From positions 15,748,001-15,812,000 of the forward strand of contig NC_086108.1 of assembly GCF_963921235.1 (NCBI RefSeq): a stretch of 64,000 nt of DNA. The letters run 5' to 3'. Shown here one piece after another: positions 24,995-37,104 of the stretch. Position numbers and translations under genes: made by a program. The DNA comes from Mobula hypostoma. Taxonomy: Eukaryota. Within the stretch, counting starts at the first letter, position 1. Each line of letters begins with the position of its first letter. Below the pieces are notes generated by a model. That model worked only from the letters and a program-made list of their open reading frames with translations. It was not told the origin of the DNA and ran no database searches.

Positions 24995-25705
24995 ACTTCA
25001 CCTGTGAGTCGGCTGGGGTGATATACTGCGTCCGGTGCTCCCGATGCAGCCTTCTATATATTGGCAAGACCCAACGCAGGCTGGGAGACCATTTTGCTGA
25101 ACACCTAAGCTCTGTCCGCCAGAGAAAGCAGGATCTCCCAGTGGCCACACATTTTAATTCCACGTCCTATTCCCATTCTGATATGTCTATCCACGGCCTC
25201 CTCTACTGTCAAGATGAAGCCACACTCAGGCTGGAGGAACAACACCTTATATTCCACCTGGGTAGCCTCCAACCTGATGGCATGAACATTGACTTCTCAA
25301 ACTTCCGCTAGTGCCTCACCTCCCCCTCGTACCCCATCCGTTATTTATTTATATACACACATTCTTTCTCTCTCCCTCCTTTTTCTCCCTCTGTCCCTCT
25401 CACTATACCCCTTGCCCATCCTCTGGGTTCCCCCCCCCCTCCCTTTTCTTTCTCCCTAGGCCTCCTGTCCCATGATCCTCTCATATCCCTTTTGCCAATC
25501 ACCTGTCCAGCTCTTGGCTCCATCCCTCCCCCTCCTGTCTTCTCGTATCATTTCAGATCTCCCCTCCCCCTCTCACTTTCAAATCTCTTACTAGCTCTTC
25601 TTTCAGTTAGTCCTGACGAAGGGTCTCAGCCAGAAACGTTGACTGTACCTCTTCCTAGAGATGTTGCCTGGCCTGCTGCGTTCACCAGCAACCTCTATGT
25701 GTGTT
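24995..25705 (+). mobile_element. 5'-truncated Penelope-like element (GIY-YIG C-terminus + 3' tail)
   Basis: GVIYCVRCSRCSLLYIGKT...GMNIDFSNFR*, near-identical to 34942-35650. Confidence 0.93.
25604..25645 (+). ncRNA. Hammerhead ribozyme motif (type I, minimal) in Penelope tail
   Basis: agtc-CTGACGA-a-gg..cc-a-GAAA-cg-TT-gact; stem II imperfect in this copy. Confidence 0.65.
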
Positions 25706-26610
25706 TCTTATTATAGCACTTAGCTTCAAATCCAGTCAACATCTTGGTTAACCTCTTCTGTGCCCTCTGCAATGCCTCAGCACCCTTCCTATGATGGGAC
25801 AACCAGAACTGTATGTAATACCAAATGACCTAGCTAGAGCTTTATAAAGCTACAACATAAATTCCTGACTTGTGTACTCATTGTCTGAACTAATAAAGGC
25901 AGGTATGCCATATGCCTTCTTAACCACCCGATCAGCCTCTGTAGCCACTTTCAAGGGGCTATGAACTTGGTCCCCAAGATCCCTCTGCTTATTAACACTG
26001 TTAAGGGGCTTGCCGTTAACTGTGTATTGTCTCTTTACATTTGATTTACCAAGGTGCAACTTTATGTTTGGTCAGGCTAAGCTCCATCTGCATTTCTCCA
26101 CCTGTATCTGCAACTGATCTATAACCCACTGTATTCTTTGCCAGTTATTCATATACATCACAAACAGAAGAGGTCCCAGTACAGATCCCTGCAGAGCACC
26201 ACTAATCGCAGATCTCCAGCTAGAATAAGTACCTTCAACCACTAACCTCTGTCTTTGATGGGCAAGCCAGTTCTGAATCCAAATGGCCAATTCACCATGG
26301 ATCGCATGCATCATAATCTCCTGGATAAGACTCCTATGAGGGATCTTGTCAAATGCCTTACCAAAATCTCCATAGATATCGACAGCTCTACCTTCAGTCA
26401 CCCTTGTCATCTCATCAAAAAACTCAGTAAAGTTAGTAAGACATGGCTTGCCCCGTACTAAGCCGAGCTGGTTCTACTTAATTAGGCCATGTCTTTCCAA
26501 ATGCTCATAAAGTCCTAACCCTGAGAATTCTCTCCAGTAACTTTCCTACCACTGGCGTGAGACTTAGCAGTCTGTAGTTTCCAGAATTATGCCTGTTCCT
26601 TCCTAAGTAA

Positions 26611-28773
26611 CTGGCCAAAGTTGACTGGAAAGGGACACTGGTGGGAAAAACAGCAGAGCAGCAGTGGCTGGAGTTTATGCGAGAAATGAGGAATGTGCAA
26701 GACAGGTATATTCCAAAAAAGAAGAAATTTTTGAGTGGAAAAAGGATGCAACCATGGTTGACAAGAGAAGTCAAAGCCAAAGCAAAGGAGAGGGCATACA
26801 AGGAAGCAAAAATTAGTGGGAAGACAGAGGATTGGGAAGTTTTTAAAACCTTACAAAAGGAAACCAAGAAGGTCATTAAGAGAGAAAAGATTAACTATGA
26901 AAGGAAGCTAGCAAATAATATCAAAGAGGATACTAAAAGCTTTTTCAAGTATATAAAGAGTAAAAGACAGGTGAGAGTAGATATAGGACTGATAGAAAAT
27001 GATGCTGGAGAAATTGTAATGGGAGATAAGGAGATGGCAGAGGAACTGAACGAGTATTTTGCATCAGTCTTCACTGAGGAAGACATCAGCAGTATACCGG
27101 ACACTCTAGGGTGGCAGGGAAGAGAAGTGTGCGCAGTCACAATTACGACAGAGAAAGTACTCAGGAAGCTGAATAGTCTAAAGGTAGATAAATCTCCTGG
27201 ACCAGATGGAATGCACCCTCGTGTGCTGAAGGAAGTAGCTGTGGAGATTGCGGCAGCATTAGCGATGATCTTTCAAAAGTCGATAGATTCTGGCATGGTT
27301 CCAGAAGACTGGAAGATTGCAAATGTCACTCTGCTATTTAAGAAGGGGGCAAGGAAGCAAAAAGGAAATTATAGACCTGTTAGCTTGACATCGGTGGTTG
27401 GGAAGTTGTTGGAGTTGATTGTCAAGGATGAGGTTACAGAGTACCTGGAGGCATATGACAAGATAGGCAGAACTCAGCATGGATTCCTTAAAGGAAAATC
27501 CTGCCTGACAAACCTATTACAATTTTTTGAGGAAATTACCGGTAAGCTAGACAAGGGAGATGAAGTGGATGTTGTATATTTGGATTTTCAGAAGGCCTTT
27601 GACAAGGTGACACACATGATGCTACTTAACAAGATAAGAGCCCATGGAATTACGGGAAAGTTACATACGTGGATAGAGCGTTGGCTGATTGGCAGGAAAC
27701 AGAGAGTGGGAATAAAGGGATCCTATTCTGGTTGGCTGTCGGTTACCAGTGGTGTTCCACAGGGATCAGTGTTGGGGCCGCTTCTTTTTACATTGTACAT
27801 CAACGATTTGGATTATGGAATAGATGGCTTTGTGGCTAAGTTTGCTGACGATACGAAGATAGGTGGAGGGGCCAGTAGTGCTGAGGAAATGGAGAGTCTG
27901 CAGAGAGACTTGGATAGATTGGAAGAATGGGCAGAGAAGTAGCAAATGACGTACAATGTTGGAAAGTGTATGGTTATGCACTTTGGTAGAAAAAATAAAC
28001 GGGCAGTCTATTATTTAAATGGGGAAAGAATTCAAAGTTCTGAGATGCAATGGGACTTGGGAGTCCTCGGACAGGATACCCTTAAAGCTAACCTCCAGGT
28101 TGAGTCAGTAGTGAAGAAGGCGAATGCAATGTTGGCATTCATTTCTATAGGAATAGAGTATAGGAGCAGGGATGTGATGTTGAGGCTCTATAAGGCACTG
28201 GTGAGACCTCACTTGGAGTACTGTGGGCAGTTTTGGTCTCCTTATTTAAGAAAGGATGTGCTGATATTGGAGGGGGTACAGGGAAGATTCACTAGAATGA
28301 TTCCGGGAATGAGAGGGTTAACATATGAGGAACGTTTGTCCGCTCTTGGACTGTATTCCTTGGAGTTTAGAAGAATGAGGGGAGACCTCATAGAAACATT
28401 TTGAATGTTAAAAGGCATGGACAGAGTGGATGTGGCAAAGTTGTTTCCCATGATGGGGGAGTCTAGTACGAGAGGGCATGACTTAAGGATTGAAGGGCGC
28501 CCATTCAGAACAGAAATGTGAAGAAATATTTTTAGTCAGAGGGTGGTGAATCTATGGAATTTGTTGCCATGGGCAGCAGTGGAGGCCAAGTCATTGGGTG
28601 TATTGAAGGCAGAGATTGATAGGTATCTGAGTAGCCAGGGCATCAAAGGTTATGGTGAGAAGGCGGGGGAGTGGGACTAAATAGGAGAATGGATCAGCTC
28701 ATGATAAAATGGCGGAGCAGACTCAATGGGCCGAATGGCCTACTTCTGCTCCTTTGTCTTATGGTCTTATGGT
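26611..28773 (+). mobile_element. 5'-truncated CR1 LINE
   Basis: 433-aa RT fragment; (TTATGGTC)n tail; 8-bp TSD CTAAGTAA 26603-26610/28774-28781. Confidence 0.96.
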
Positions 28774-30014
28774 CTAAGTAATGGAACAACATTAGCCACT
28801 CGCCAGTCCTCTGGGACCTTGCTTGTGGTTAGTGAGGATGCTAATATAATAGTTGAGGCCCCAACAATCTCTTCTCTTGTCTCTCTCATTAATGTGGGGT
28901 ATATCCCATCAGGCCCTGGGACTTATCTACCTTGACACTACCTCCTTCTTTACCTAGCAGATCAATGACAAAAGAGTATAAGACATAGGAGCAGAATTAG
29001 GCTATTCAGCAAATCGAGGGAGCTCATCCATTCCATCAAGGCTGATATCCCATCAACCCCATTCTCTTGCCTTATCCACATACCCTTTGACGCCATATCA
29101 CCCTCCACTTTAAATATACCCAGTGACTTGGCCTCCACAGCTATCTGTGGCACAGATTGACTGCCCTGTATCTAAAGAAATTCCTCTTCATCACTGTTCT
29201 AAATGAACGGACCTCTAATCTGAGGCTGTGCCCAAAAGTCCTAGATTCCTCCACGATAGGAATCAACCTGTCCACATACACTTTATCCAGGCCTTTCAAT
29301 ATTCAGTAGGTTTCAATGAGATCTTACCCATAACCATTCCTGTAAACTCCAGTAAGTACACAACCAAAGCCATCAAACATAAAGCAGAATCATTGTTGTG
29401 AACCTCTTCTGGACCCTCTCCAATGTCAGCACAGCTTTTCTTAGATAAGAGGTCCAGAACTACTCATAATACTCTTAAGTGCGGTCTGACCAATACTTTA
29501 TAAAGCCGCAGCATTACATCCGTGTTTTGAGATTCTAGTTCTCTCAAAATGACTACTAGTATTGCATTTGCCTTTCTTACTACTGACTCAACCTGTAAAT
29601 TAACCTTCACGAAGACTCCCAAGTCCCTTTTCTCCTCGGGTTTGTGAATTTTCTCCCTGTTCACAAAATAGTCTACACTTTTATTGCTTCAAACAATGTG
29701 CACAACCATACAATTCGCTACACTGCATTCCATCTGCCACTTCATGGCCCATTCTCCCAATCTGTCTAAGTCCTTTTACAGACTCCCTGCTTCCTCAGCA
29801 CTATCTGCCCCTCTACCACTTCGTATCGTCTGCAGATTTAGCCACAAAACTCTCAATTTCATCATCCAAATCTTTGACATAGGATGTGAAAAGAAGCGGT
29901 TCCAACACCAACTCCTGTGGAAAACCACTTGGCACCAGCAACCAACCAGAAAAGGCCCCCTTTTTTTCCCATTCTTTGCTTCCTGCCGCTCAGCCAACCT
30001 TCTATCCATGCTAG

Positions 30015-33000
30015 AAGGAGGAGGTCCTGCAAAGAGAATTCAGGAAGTTAGGTGCAAAGTTGAAGGACAGGACCTCCAGGGTTGCAATCTCAGGATTGCT
30101 ACCCATGCCACATGCGAGTGAGGCTAGAAATAAGAAGATAATGCAGCTAAGTACATGGCTAAGGAGTTGGTACAGGAGGGAGGGCTTCATGTTTCTGGAC
30201 AATTGGGCCTTGTTCCAGGGAAGATGGGTCCTATTCCAACGGGATGGGTTGCACCTGAACTGGAGGGGGACTAACATCCTTGCGGGAAAGTTTGCTAGTG
30301 CTGCTCCGGGGGTTTAAACTAGATTTGGAGGGGGAGGGGAATCAGAGTGTTAGAGCAGATAGTGAGGTGGAGGAGGATAAAGGTCATGTGAGAACTGCAA
30401 GTATAGTGCATGGAGTAAAGCCAGATCTAACATATAAAGAGGCTTTGAGGAAAGAGAAACAGAATAAAGGGTGTAAAGGTAGTAAGGTAGAAAGGCTAAA
30501 GTGCGTCTACTTCAATGCAAGAAGCATCAGGAACAAAGGTGATGAACTGAGAGCTTGGATACGTACATGGAATTATGATGTAGTGGCAATTACAGAGACT
30601 TGGCTGGCACAAGGGCAGGAATGGATTCTCAATATTCCTGGATTTCAGTGCTTTAAAAGGGATAAGGGAGGGGGAAGGGGAGGAGGGGAGGCGTTACTGG
30701 TCAGGGATACTATTACAGCTACAGAAAGGGTGGATAATGTAGCAGGATCCTCTTTGAGTCAGTATGGGTGGAAGTCAGGAATAGGAAGGAAGCATTTACT
30801 CTATTGGGAGGCAGATTTTGGAAAGGTGCAAAAATAACAGGGTTGTTATAATGGGTGACTTTTGACTTCCCTAATATTGACTGGCACCTGATTAATTCCA
30901 GTGGTTTAGACGGGGCAGAGTTTGTTAAGTGTGTCCAGGACGGATTCCTGTCACAGTATGTTGACAGGCCGACTAGGGCGAATGCCATACTAGATCTAGT
31001 ATTAGTAATGAATCGGGTCAGGTCACAGATCTCTCAGTGGGTGAGCATCTGGGGGACAGTGACCACTGCTCCCTGGCCTTTAACATTATTATGGAAAAGA
31101 ATAGGATCAGAGAGGACAGGAAAATTTTTAATTGGGGAAGGGCAAATTGTGAGGCCATAAGGTTAGAAATTGCGGGTGTGAATTGGGATGATGTTTTTGT
31201 AGGGAAATGTACTTTGCAGATGTGGTCGATGTTTAGGGATTTCTTGCAGGATGTTGGGGATAAATTTGTCCTGGTGAAGAAGATAAAGGATGGTAGGGTG
31301 AAGGAACCATGGGTGACAAGTGAGGTGGAGAATCTAGTCAGGTGGAAGAAGGCAGATACATGAGGTTTAGGAAGCAAGGATCAGATAGGTCTATTGAGGA
31401 ATATAGGGTAGCAAGAAAGGAGCTTAAGAAGGGGCTGAAGAGAGCAAGAAGGGGGCATGAGAAGGCCTTGGTGAGTAGGGTAAAGGAAAACCCCAAGGCA
31501 TTCTTCAATTATGTGAAGAAAAAAAGGATGACAGGAGTGAAGGTAGGACCGATTAGAGATAAAGATGGAAAGATGTGCCTGGAGGCTGTGGAAGTGAGCG
31601 AGGTCCTCAATGAATACTTCTCTTCGGTATTCACCAATGAGAGGGAACGTGATGGTGAGGACAATATGAGTGAGGTTGATGTTCTGGAATATATTGATAT
31701 TAAGGGAGAGGAGGTGTTGGAGTTGTTAAAATACATTAGGACGGATAAGTGACCAGGGCCTGACGGAATATTCCCCAGGCTGCTCCACGAGGTGAGGGAA
31801 GAGAGTGCTGAGCCTCTGGGTAGGATCTTTATGTCCTGGTTGTCCACGGGAATGGTACCGGAGGATTGGAGAGAGGTGAATGTTGTCCCCTTGTTCAAAA
31901 AAGGTAGTAGGGATAGTCCGGGTAATTATAGACCAGTGGGCCTTATGTCTGTGGTGGGAAAGCTGTTGGAAAAGATCCTTAGAGATGGGATCTGTGGGCA
32001 TTTAGAGAATCATGGTCTGATCAGGGACAGTCAGCATGGCTTTGTGAAGGGCAGATCGTGTCTAACAAGCCTGATAGAGTTCTTTGAGGAGGCGACCAGG
32101 CATATAGATGAAGGTAGTGCAGTGGATATGATCTGCATGGATTTTAGTAAGGCATTTGACAAGGTTCCACACAGTAGGCTTATTCAGAAGCCGGAAGGCA
32201 TGGGATCCAGGGATGTTTGGCCAGGTGGATTCAGAATTGGCTTGCCTGCAGAAAGCCGAGGGTCGTGGTGGAGGGAGTACATTCTGATTGGAGGGTTGTG
32301 ACTAGTGGTGTCCCACAAGGATCAGTTCTGGGACCTCTACTTTTCATGATTTTTATTAACGTCCTGGATGTGGGGATAGAAGGGTGGGTTGGCAAGTTTG
32401 CAGACGACAGAAAGGTTGGTGGTGTTGTGGATAGTGTAGAGGATTGTCGAAGATTGCAGAGAGACATTGATAAGATGCAGAAATGGGCTGAGAAGTGGCA
32501 GATGGAGTTCAACCCAGAGAAGTGTGAGGTGATACACTTTGGAAGGACAAACTTCAAGGCAGAGTACAAAGTCAATGGCAGGATACTTGGTAGTGTGGAG
32601 GAGCAGAGGGATCTGGGGGTACATGTTCACAGATCCCTGAAAGTTGCCTCACAGGTAGATAGGGTAGTTAAGAAAACTTATGGGGTGTTAGCTTTCATAA
32701 GTCGAGGGACAGAGTTTAAGAGTCGCGGGGTAATGATGCAGCTCTATAAAACTCTGGTTAGGCCACACTGGAGTACTGTGTCCAGTTCTAGTCGCCTCAC
32801 TATAGGAAGGATGTGGAAGCATTGGAAAGGGTATAGAGGAGATTTACCAGGATGCTGCCTGGTTTAGAGAGTATGCATTATGATCAGAGATTAAAGGAGC
32901 TAGGGCTTTACTCTCTGGAGAGAAGAAGGATGAGAGGAGACATGATAGAGGTATACAAGATATTAAGAGGAATAGATAGAGTGGACAGCCAGCGCCTCTT

Positions 33001-33198
33001 TCCCAGTGGTTGGTACGTGGAATGCACTGCCTGAGTTAGTGGTGGAGGCAGATACACTAGTGAAATTTAAGAGACTACTAGACAGGCATATGGAGCAATT
33101 TAAGGTGGGGGGTTATATGGGAGGCAGGGTTCAAGGGTCAGCACTGCATTGTGGGCTGAAGGGCCTATAATGTGCTGTACTGTTCTATGTTCTATGTT
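30015..33198 (+). mobile_element. CR1 LINE including 3' half of ORF1 (SGNH esterase-like) and disrupted ORF2
   Basis: SRVAISGLLP...DGLHLN (esterase), CVYFNARSIRNK, RT motifs; (TTCTATG)n tail; candidate TSD CTAG 30011-30014/33199-33202. Confidence 0.94.
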
Positions 33199-33912
33199 CT
33201 AGTATCTTTCCCGTAATATCATGGGCTCTTAAACAGACTCATGTGCAGTATCTTGTCAAAGGCCTTCTGAAAATTCTGCTTATTATTTCCTTAAAGAATT
33301 CAAGCAGTTTTGTGAGGCAAGATATCGCCGTAAGGAAACTGTACTGTCTTTGGCCTATTTTATCGTGTGTCTCCAAATACCCCGAAATCTCATCCTTAAT
33401 AATGCAATCCAACATCAACTGAAGTCAGACTAACTGGCATATAATTTTCTTTTCTTTGGCCTCCCACCTTTTCAAAGATATTTGTGATTTTCCAGTCCTC
33501 CAGAACCATTCCAGAATCTTGTGATACTTGAAAAATCATTACTAATGCCTCAAGCAATTTCTTCAACTACTCTTTCAGAACCTTGGGGTGTAGTCCATCT
33601 GGTTCATGTGACTTACCTACCTTCAGACCTTTCAGCTTCCCGAGCACATTCTCCTTCGTAATAGAAACTACATTTACTTCATCTCCCTGACGCTCACGAA
33701 TTTCTGGCATACTGCTAGTGTCTTCCACAGTGAAGACTGATACAAACTACTTATTTAATTCATTCATCTTTTCTGTAGTCCCCTATTACTACTTGTCCAG
33801 CATCATTTTCCAGCAGTCCAATAGCCACTTTCTCCTCTCTTTTGCTCTTAATATATCAGAAAAAACTTCTGGTATCCTTTTTTCATATTATTGGCTAGCC
33901 TACCTTCATATT

Positions 33913-35258
33913 CCTTATATACTTCCATCCCCCATCAGGAAGGTCTCAAAGCTCTACGCTTCTTTTTGGATTCCAGACCTAATCAGTTCCCCTCTACCAC
34001 CACTCTGCTCCGTCTAGCGGAATTAGTCCTTACTCTTAATAATTTCTCCTTTTGCTCCTCCCATTTCCTCCAAACTAAAGGTGTAGCTATGGGCACCCGT
34101 ATGGGTCCTAGCTATGCCTGCCTTTTTGTTGGGTTTGTGGAACAATCTATGTTCCGTGCCTATTCTGGTATCTGTCCCCTACTTATCCTTCGCTACATCG
34201 ACGACTGCATTGGCGCTGCTTCCTGCACGCATGCAGAACTCGTTGACTTTATTAACTTTGCCTCCAACTTTCACCCTGCCCTCAAGTTTACCTGGTCCAT
34301 TTCCGACACCTCCCTCCCCTTTCTAGATCTTTCTGTCTCTGTCTCTGGAGACAGCTTATCCACTGATGTCTACTATAAGCCTACTGACTCTCACAGCTAT
34401 CTGGACTATTCCTCTTCTCACCCTGTCTCTTTCAAAAACGCCATCCCCTTCTCGCAATTCCTCCGTCTCCGCCGCATCTGCTCTCAGGATGAGGCTTTTC
34501 ATTCTAGGACGAGGGAGATGTCTTCATTTTTTAAAGAAAGGGGCTTCCCTTCCTCCACTATCAACTCTGCTCTTAAACGCATCTCCCCCATTTCACGTAC
34601 ATCTGCTCTTACTCCATCCTCCCATCACCCCACTAGGAATAGGGTTCCCCTGGTCCTCACCTACCACCCCACCAGCCTCCGGGTCCAACATATTATTCTC
34701 CGTAACTTCCGCCACCTCCAACGGGATCCCACCACTAAGCACATCTTTCCCTCCCCCCTCTCTGCATTCCGCAGGGATCGCTCCCTACACAACTCCCTTG
34801 TCCATTCGTCCCCCCCATCCCTCCCCACTGATCTCCCTCCTGGCACTTATCCGTGTAAGCGGAACAAGTGCTACACATGCCCTTACGCTTCCTCCCTTAC
34901 CACCATTCAGGGCCCCAAACAGTCCTTCCAGGTGAGGCATCACTTCACCTGTGAGTTGACTGGGGTGATATACTGCGTCCGGTGCTCCCGATGTGGCCTT
35001 TTATATATTGGTGAGACCCGACGCAGACTGGGAGACCGCTTTGCTGAACATCTACGCTCTGTCCGCCAGAGAAAGCAGGATCTCCCAGTGGCCACACATT
35101 TTAATTCCACATCCCATTCCCATTCTGACATGTCTATCCACGGCCTCCTCTACTGTAAAGGTGAAGCCACACTCAGGTTGGAGGAACAACACCTTATATT
35201 CCGTCTGGGTAGCCTCCAACCTGATGGCATGAACATTGACTTCTCTAACTTCCGCTAG
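33913..35258 (+). CDS. Penelope-like RT + GIY-YIG endonuclease, open frame without native start
   Basis: SLYTSIP, QTKGVAMGT, RYIDD, LPFLD, YYKPT, Cys motifs, GVIY...YIGET; first codons of the called ORF (33891) lie in flanking CR1/TSD. Confidence 0.92.
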
Positions 35259-35545
35259 GCCCCACCTCCCCCTCGTACCCCATCTGTTACTCATTTTTAT
35301 GCACACATTCTTTCTCTCACTCTCCTTTTTCTCCCTCTGTCCCTCTGAATATACCTCTTGCCCATTCTCTGGGTCACCCCCCCCCGTCTTTCTTCCCGGA
35401 CCTCCTGTCCCATGATCCTCTCGTATCCCCTTTTGCCTATCACCTGTCCAGCTCTCGGCTCTATCCCTCCCCCTCCTGTCTTCTCCTATCATTTTGCATC
35501 TCCCCCTCCCCCTCCAGCTTTCAAATCCCTTACTCACTCTTCCTT

Positions 35546-35587
35546 CAGTTAGTCCTGACGAAGGGTCTCGGCCTGAAATGTCGACTG
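35546..35587 (+). ncRNA. Hammerhead ribozyme motif (type I, minimal)
   Basis: agtc-CTGACGA-agg(gtctcgg)cct-GAAA-tg-TC-gact: catalytic boxes, stem I agtc/gact, stem II agg/cct. Confidence 0.72.
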
Positions 35588-36719
35588 CGCCTCTTCCTAT
35601 AGATGCTGCTTGGCCTGCTGCGTTCACCAGCAACTTTGATGTGTGTTGCTTGAATTTCCAGCATCTGCAGAATTCCTGTTGTCTACCTTCATATTTAATC
35701 TTTTCTCAACTTATGCCTTATTTTAGTACCCTTTTGATAGTTTTTAAAAGCTTCCCACTAATTTTTGCTATATGATATGTCCTTTTTGCTTTTATGCTGT
35801 CTTTGACTTCTCTTATCAGCCTCAGTTGCTTCATCCTTCCTCTAGAATACTTTTTCATCTTTCGGATGAACCTATCCTTCACCTTCAAGCCATTCTGGTT
35901 TGCCGTCGTCCCAGCTAGTTGGTCCTTCATCAATTTTGGCTTCCTCCTCTTCATGTCTCTGTAATTCCAGTTGCCCCACTGCAATATTGATGCATCTGAT
36001 TTTTGCTTCTCCCTCTCAAATTGCAGGATGAAACTATCATATTATGATCACTGTCTCCTTGAGGTTCCTTTGCCTTATGTTCCCTAATGAAATCTGGTTC
36101 ATTCCACAACACCCAATCCAGGATTGCCTTTGCCCCTAGTCTGCTCAACCACAAATTACTCTAAGTAGTCATCTCGTAGGGATTCTACAAATTCCATCTC
36201 TTGTGGATCTAGCACCAGCCTAATTTTCCCAATCTACCTGCATATTGAAGTCTCCCATGACTATCGTAACATTGCCTTTTTTACATGCCTTTTCTATCAT
36301 TGTAATTTGTATTCTACGTCCTGGCTACTTTTCAGAGGCCTCTGTGTAACTCCTGTCAGGGTCTTTTTACTCTTACAGTTTCTTAACAAGGATTCTACAT
36401 CTTCTAATTCTATATCACCTCTTTCTAAGGATTTGAGTTCACTTTTTACCAACAGTGCCACATCCCTCTGCCTACCTGCCTGTCCTTTTGATACAATATG
36501 TATGCTTGGATATTAAGCTCCCAACTGTAATCTTCTGTCAGCCACAACTCGTGCCCACAACAGCATACCAGCCAATCTCTAACTGTGCTACAAGATTATC
36601 TAGCTTATTCTGTATACTGCGTGCATTCAGATATAACACCTTCAGTCCTGTATTCATCACCCTTTTTGATTTTGCTCCCATGTTATACTTCAACTCATCC
36701 CACTGAGTGCAATTTTGCC

Positions 36720-37100
36720 TGGCACTGATCTCTCTATCCTCCATGCCCCCCTCCTTGGTAAATATTGATGTGAAGTACTTATTAAGGACTTCACCTTCAT
36801 TCTTCACATGCAATGTTCTCCACCACCATCCCCCCATCCTTGCGTCACCCTACCTGCTCCTTACTCTCTTGCTCTCGATGTACAGTATGTATAAGGTTCT
36901 CTTTATCCTACTTGCCAAAAAATTTTCATAGCCCCTCCTGCCTTTCCTAATTCCCTTCATGAGTTTTTTTTTCTGGCTACTTTATAATTCTCAAGTGCTC
37001 TGTTCGATTCTGGCTTCCTAAGCTTTAAATACTTTTCCTATTTCTTCTTGACTAACTTCGTCACCTCTCTCAGCATCCAAGGTTCTCTTACCTTGCCATA
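36720..37100 (-). mobile_element. CR1 fragment
   Basis: GEVLNKYFTSIFTKE. Confidence 0.75.
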
Positions 37101-37104
37101 TGCT

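Larger units (their letters stand above)
24595..28960 (-). mobile_element. Older CR1 (segments ~24595-24994, 25706-26610, 28774-28960) split by Penelope and CR1 insertions
   Basis: DFGKAFDKIPH...[19 protein letters not shown]; continuity across inserts. Confidence 0.85.
33913..35682 (+). mobile_element. 5'-truncated Penelope-like element
   Basis: RT + GIY-YIG ORF, CT-rich 3' region, hammerhead motif; 13-bp TSD CTACCTTCATATT 33900-33912/35683-35695. Confidence 0.96.
28975..36720 (-). mobile_element. Older CR1 (segments ~28975-30014, 33199-33912, 35683-36720) split by CR1 and Penelope
   Basis: Continuity across TSDs; LKVLYLNARSIQNKLD at its 5' end; resembles the 1-2780 copy. Confidence 0.88.

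Noticed and set aside
35052..35633. 193-aa minus ORF over the Penelope tail
   Set aside because: Low-complexity antisense of the CT-rich region
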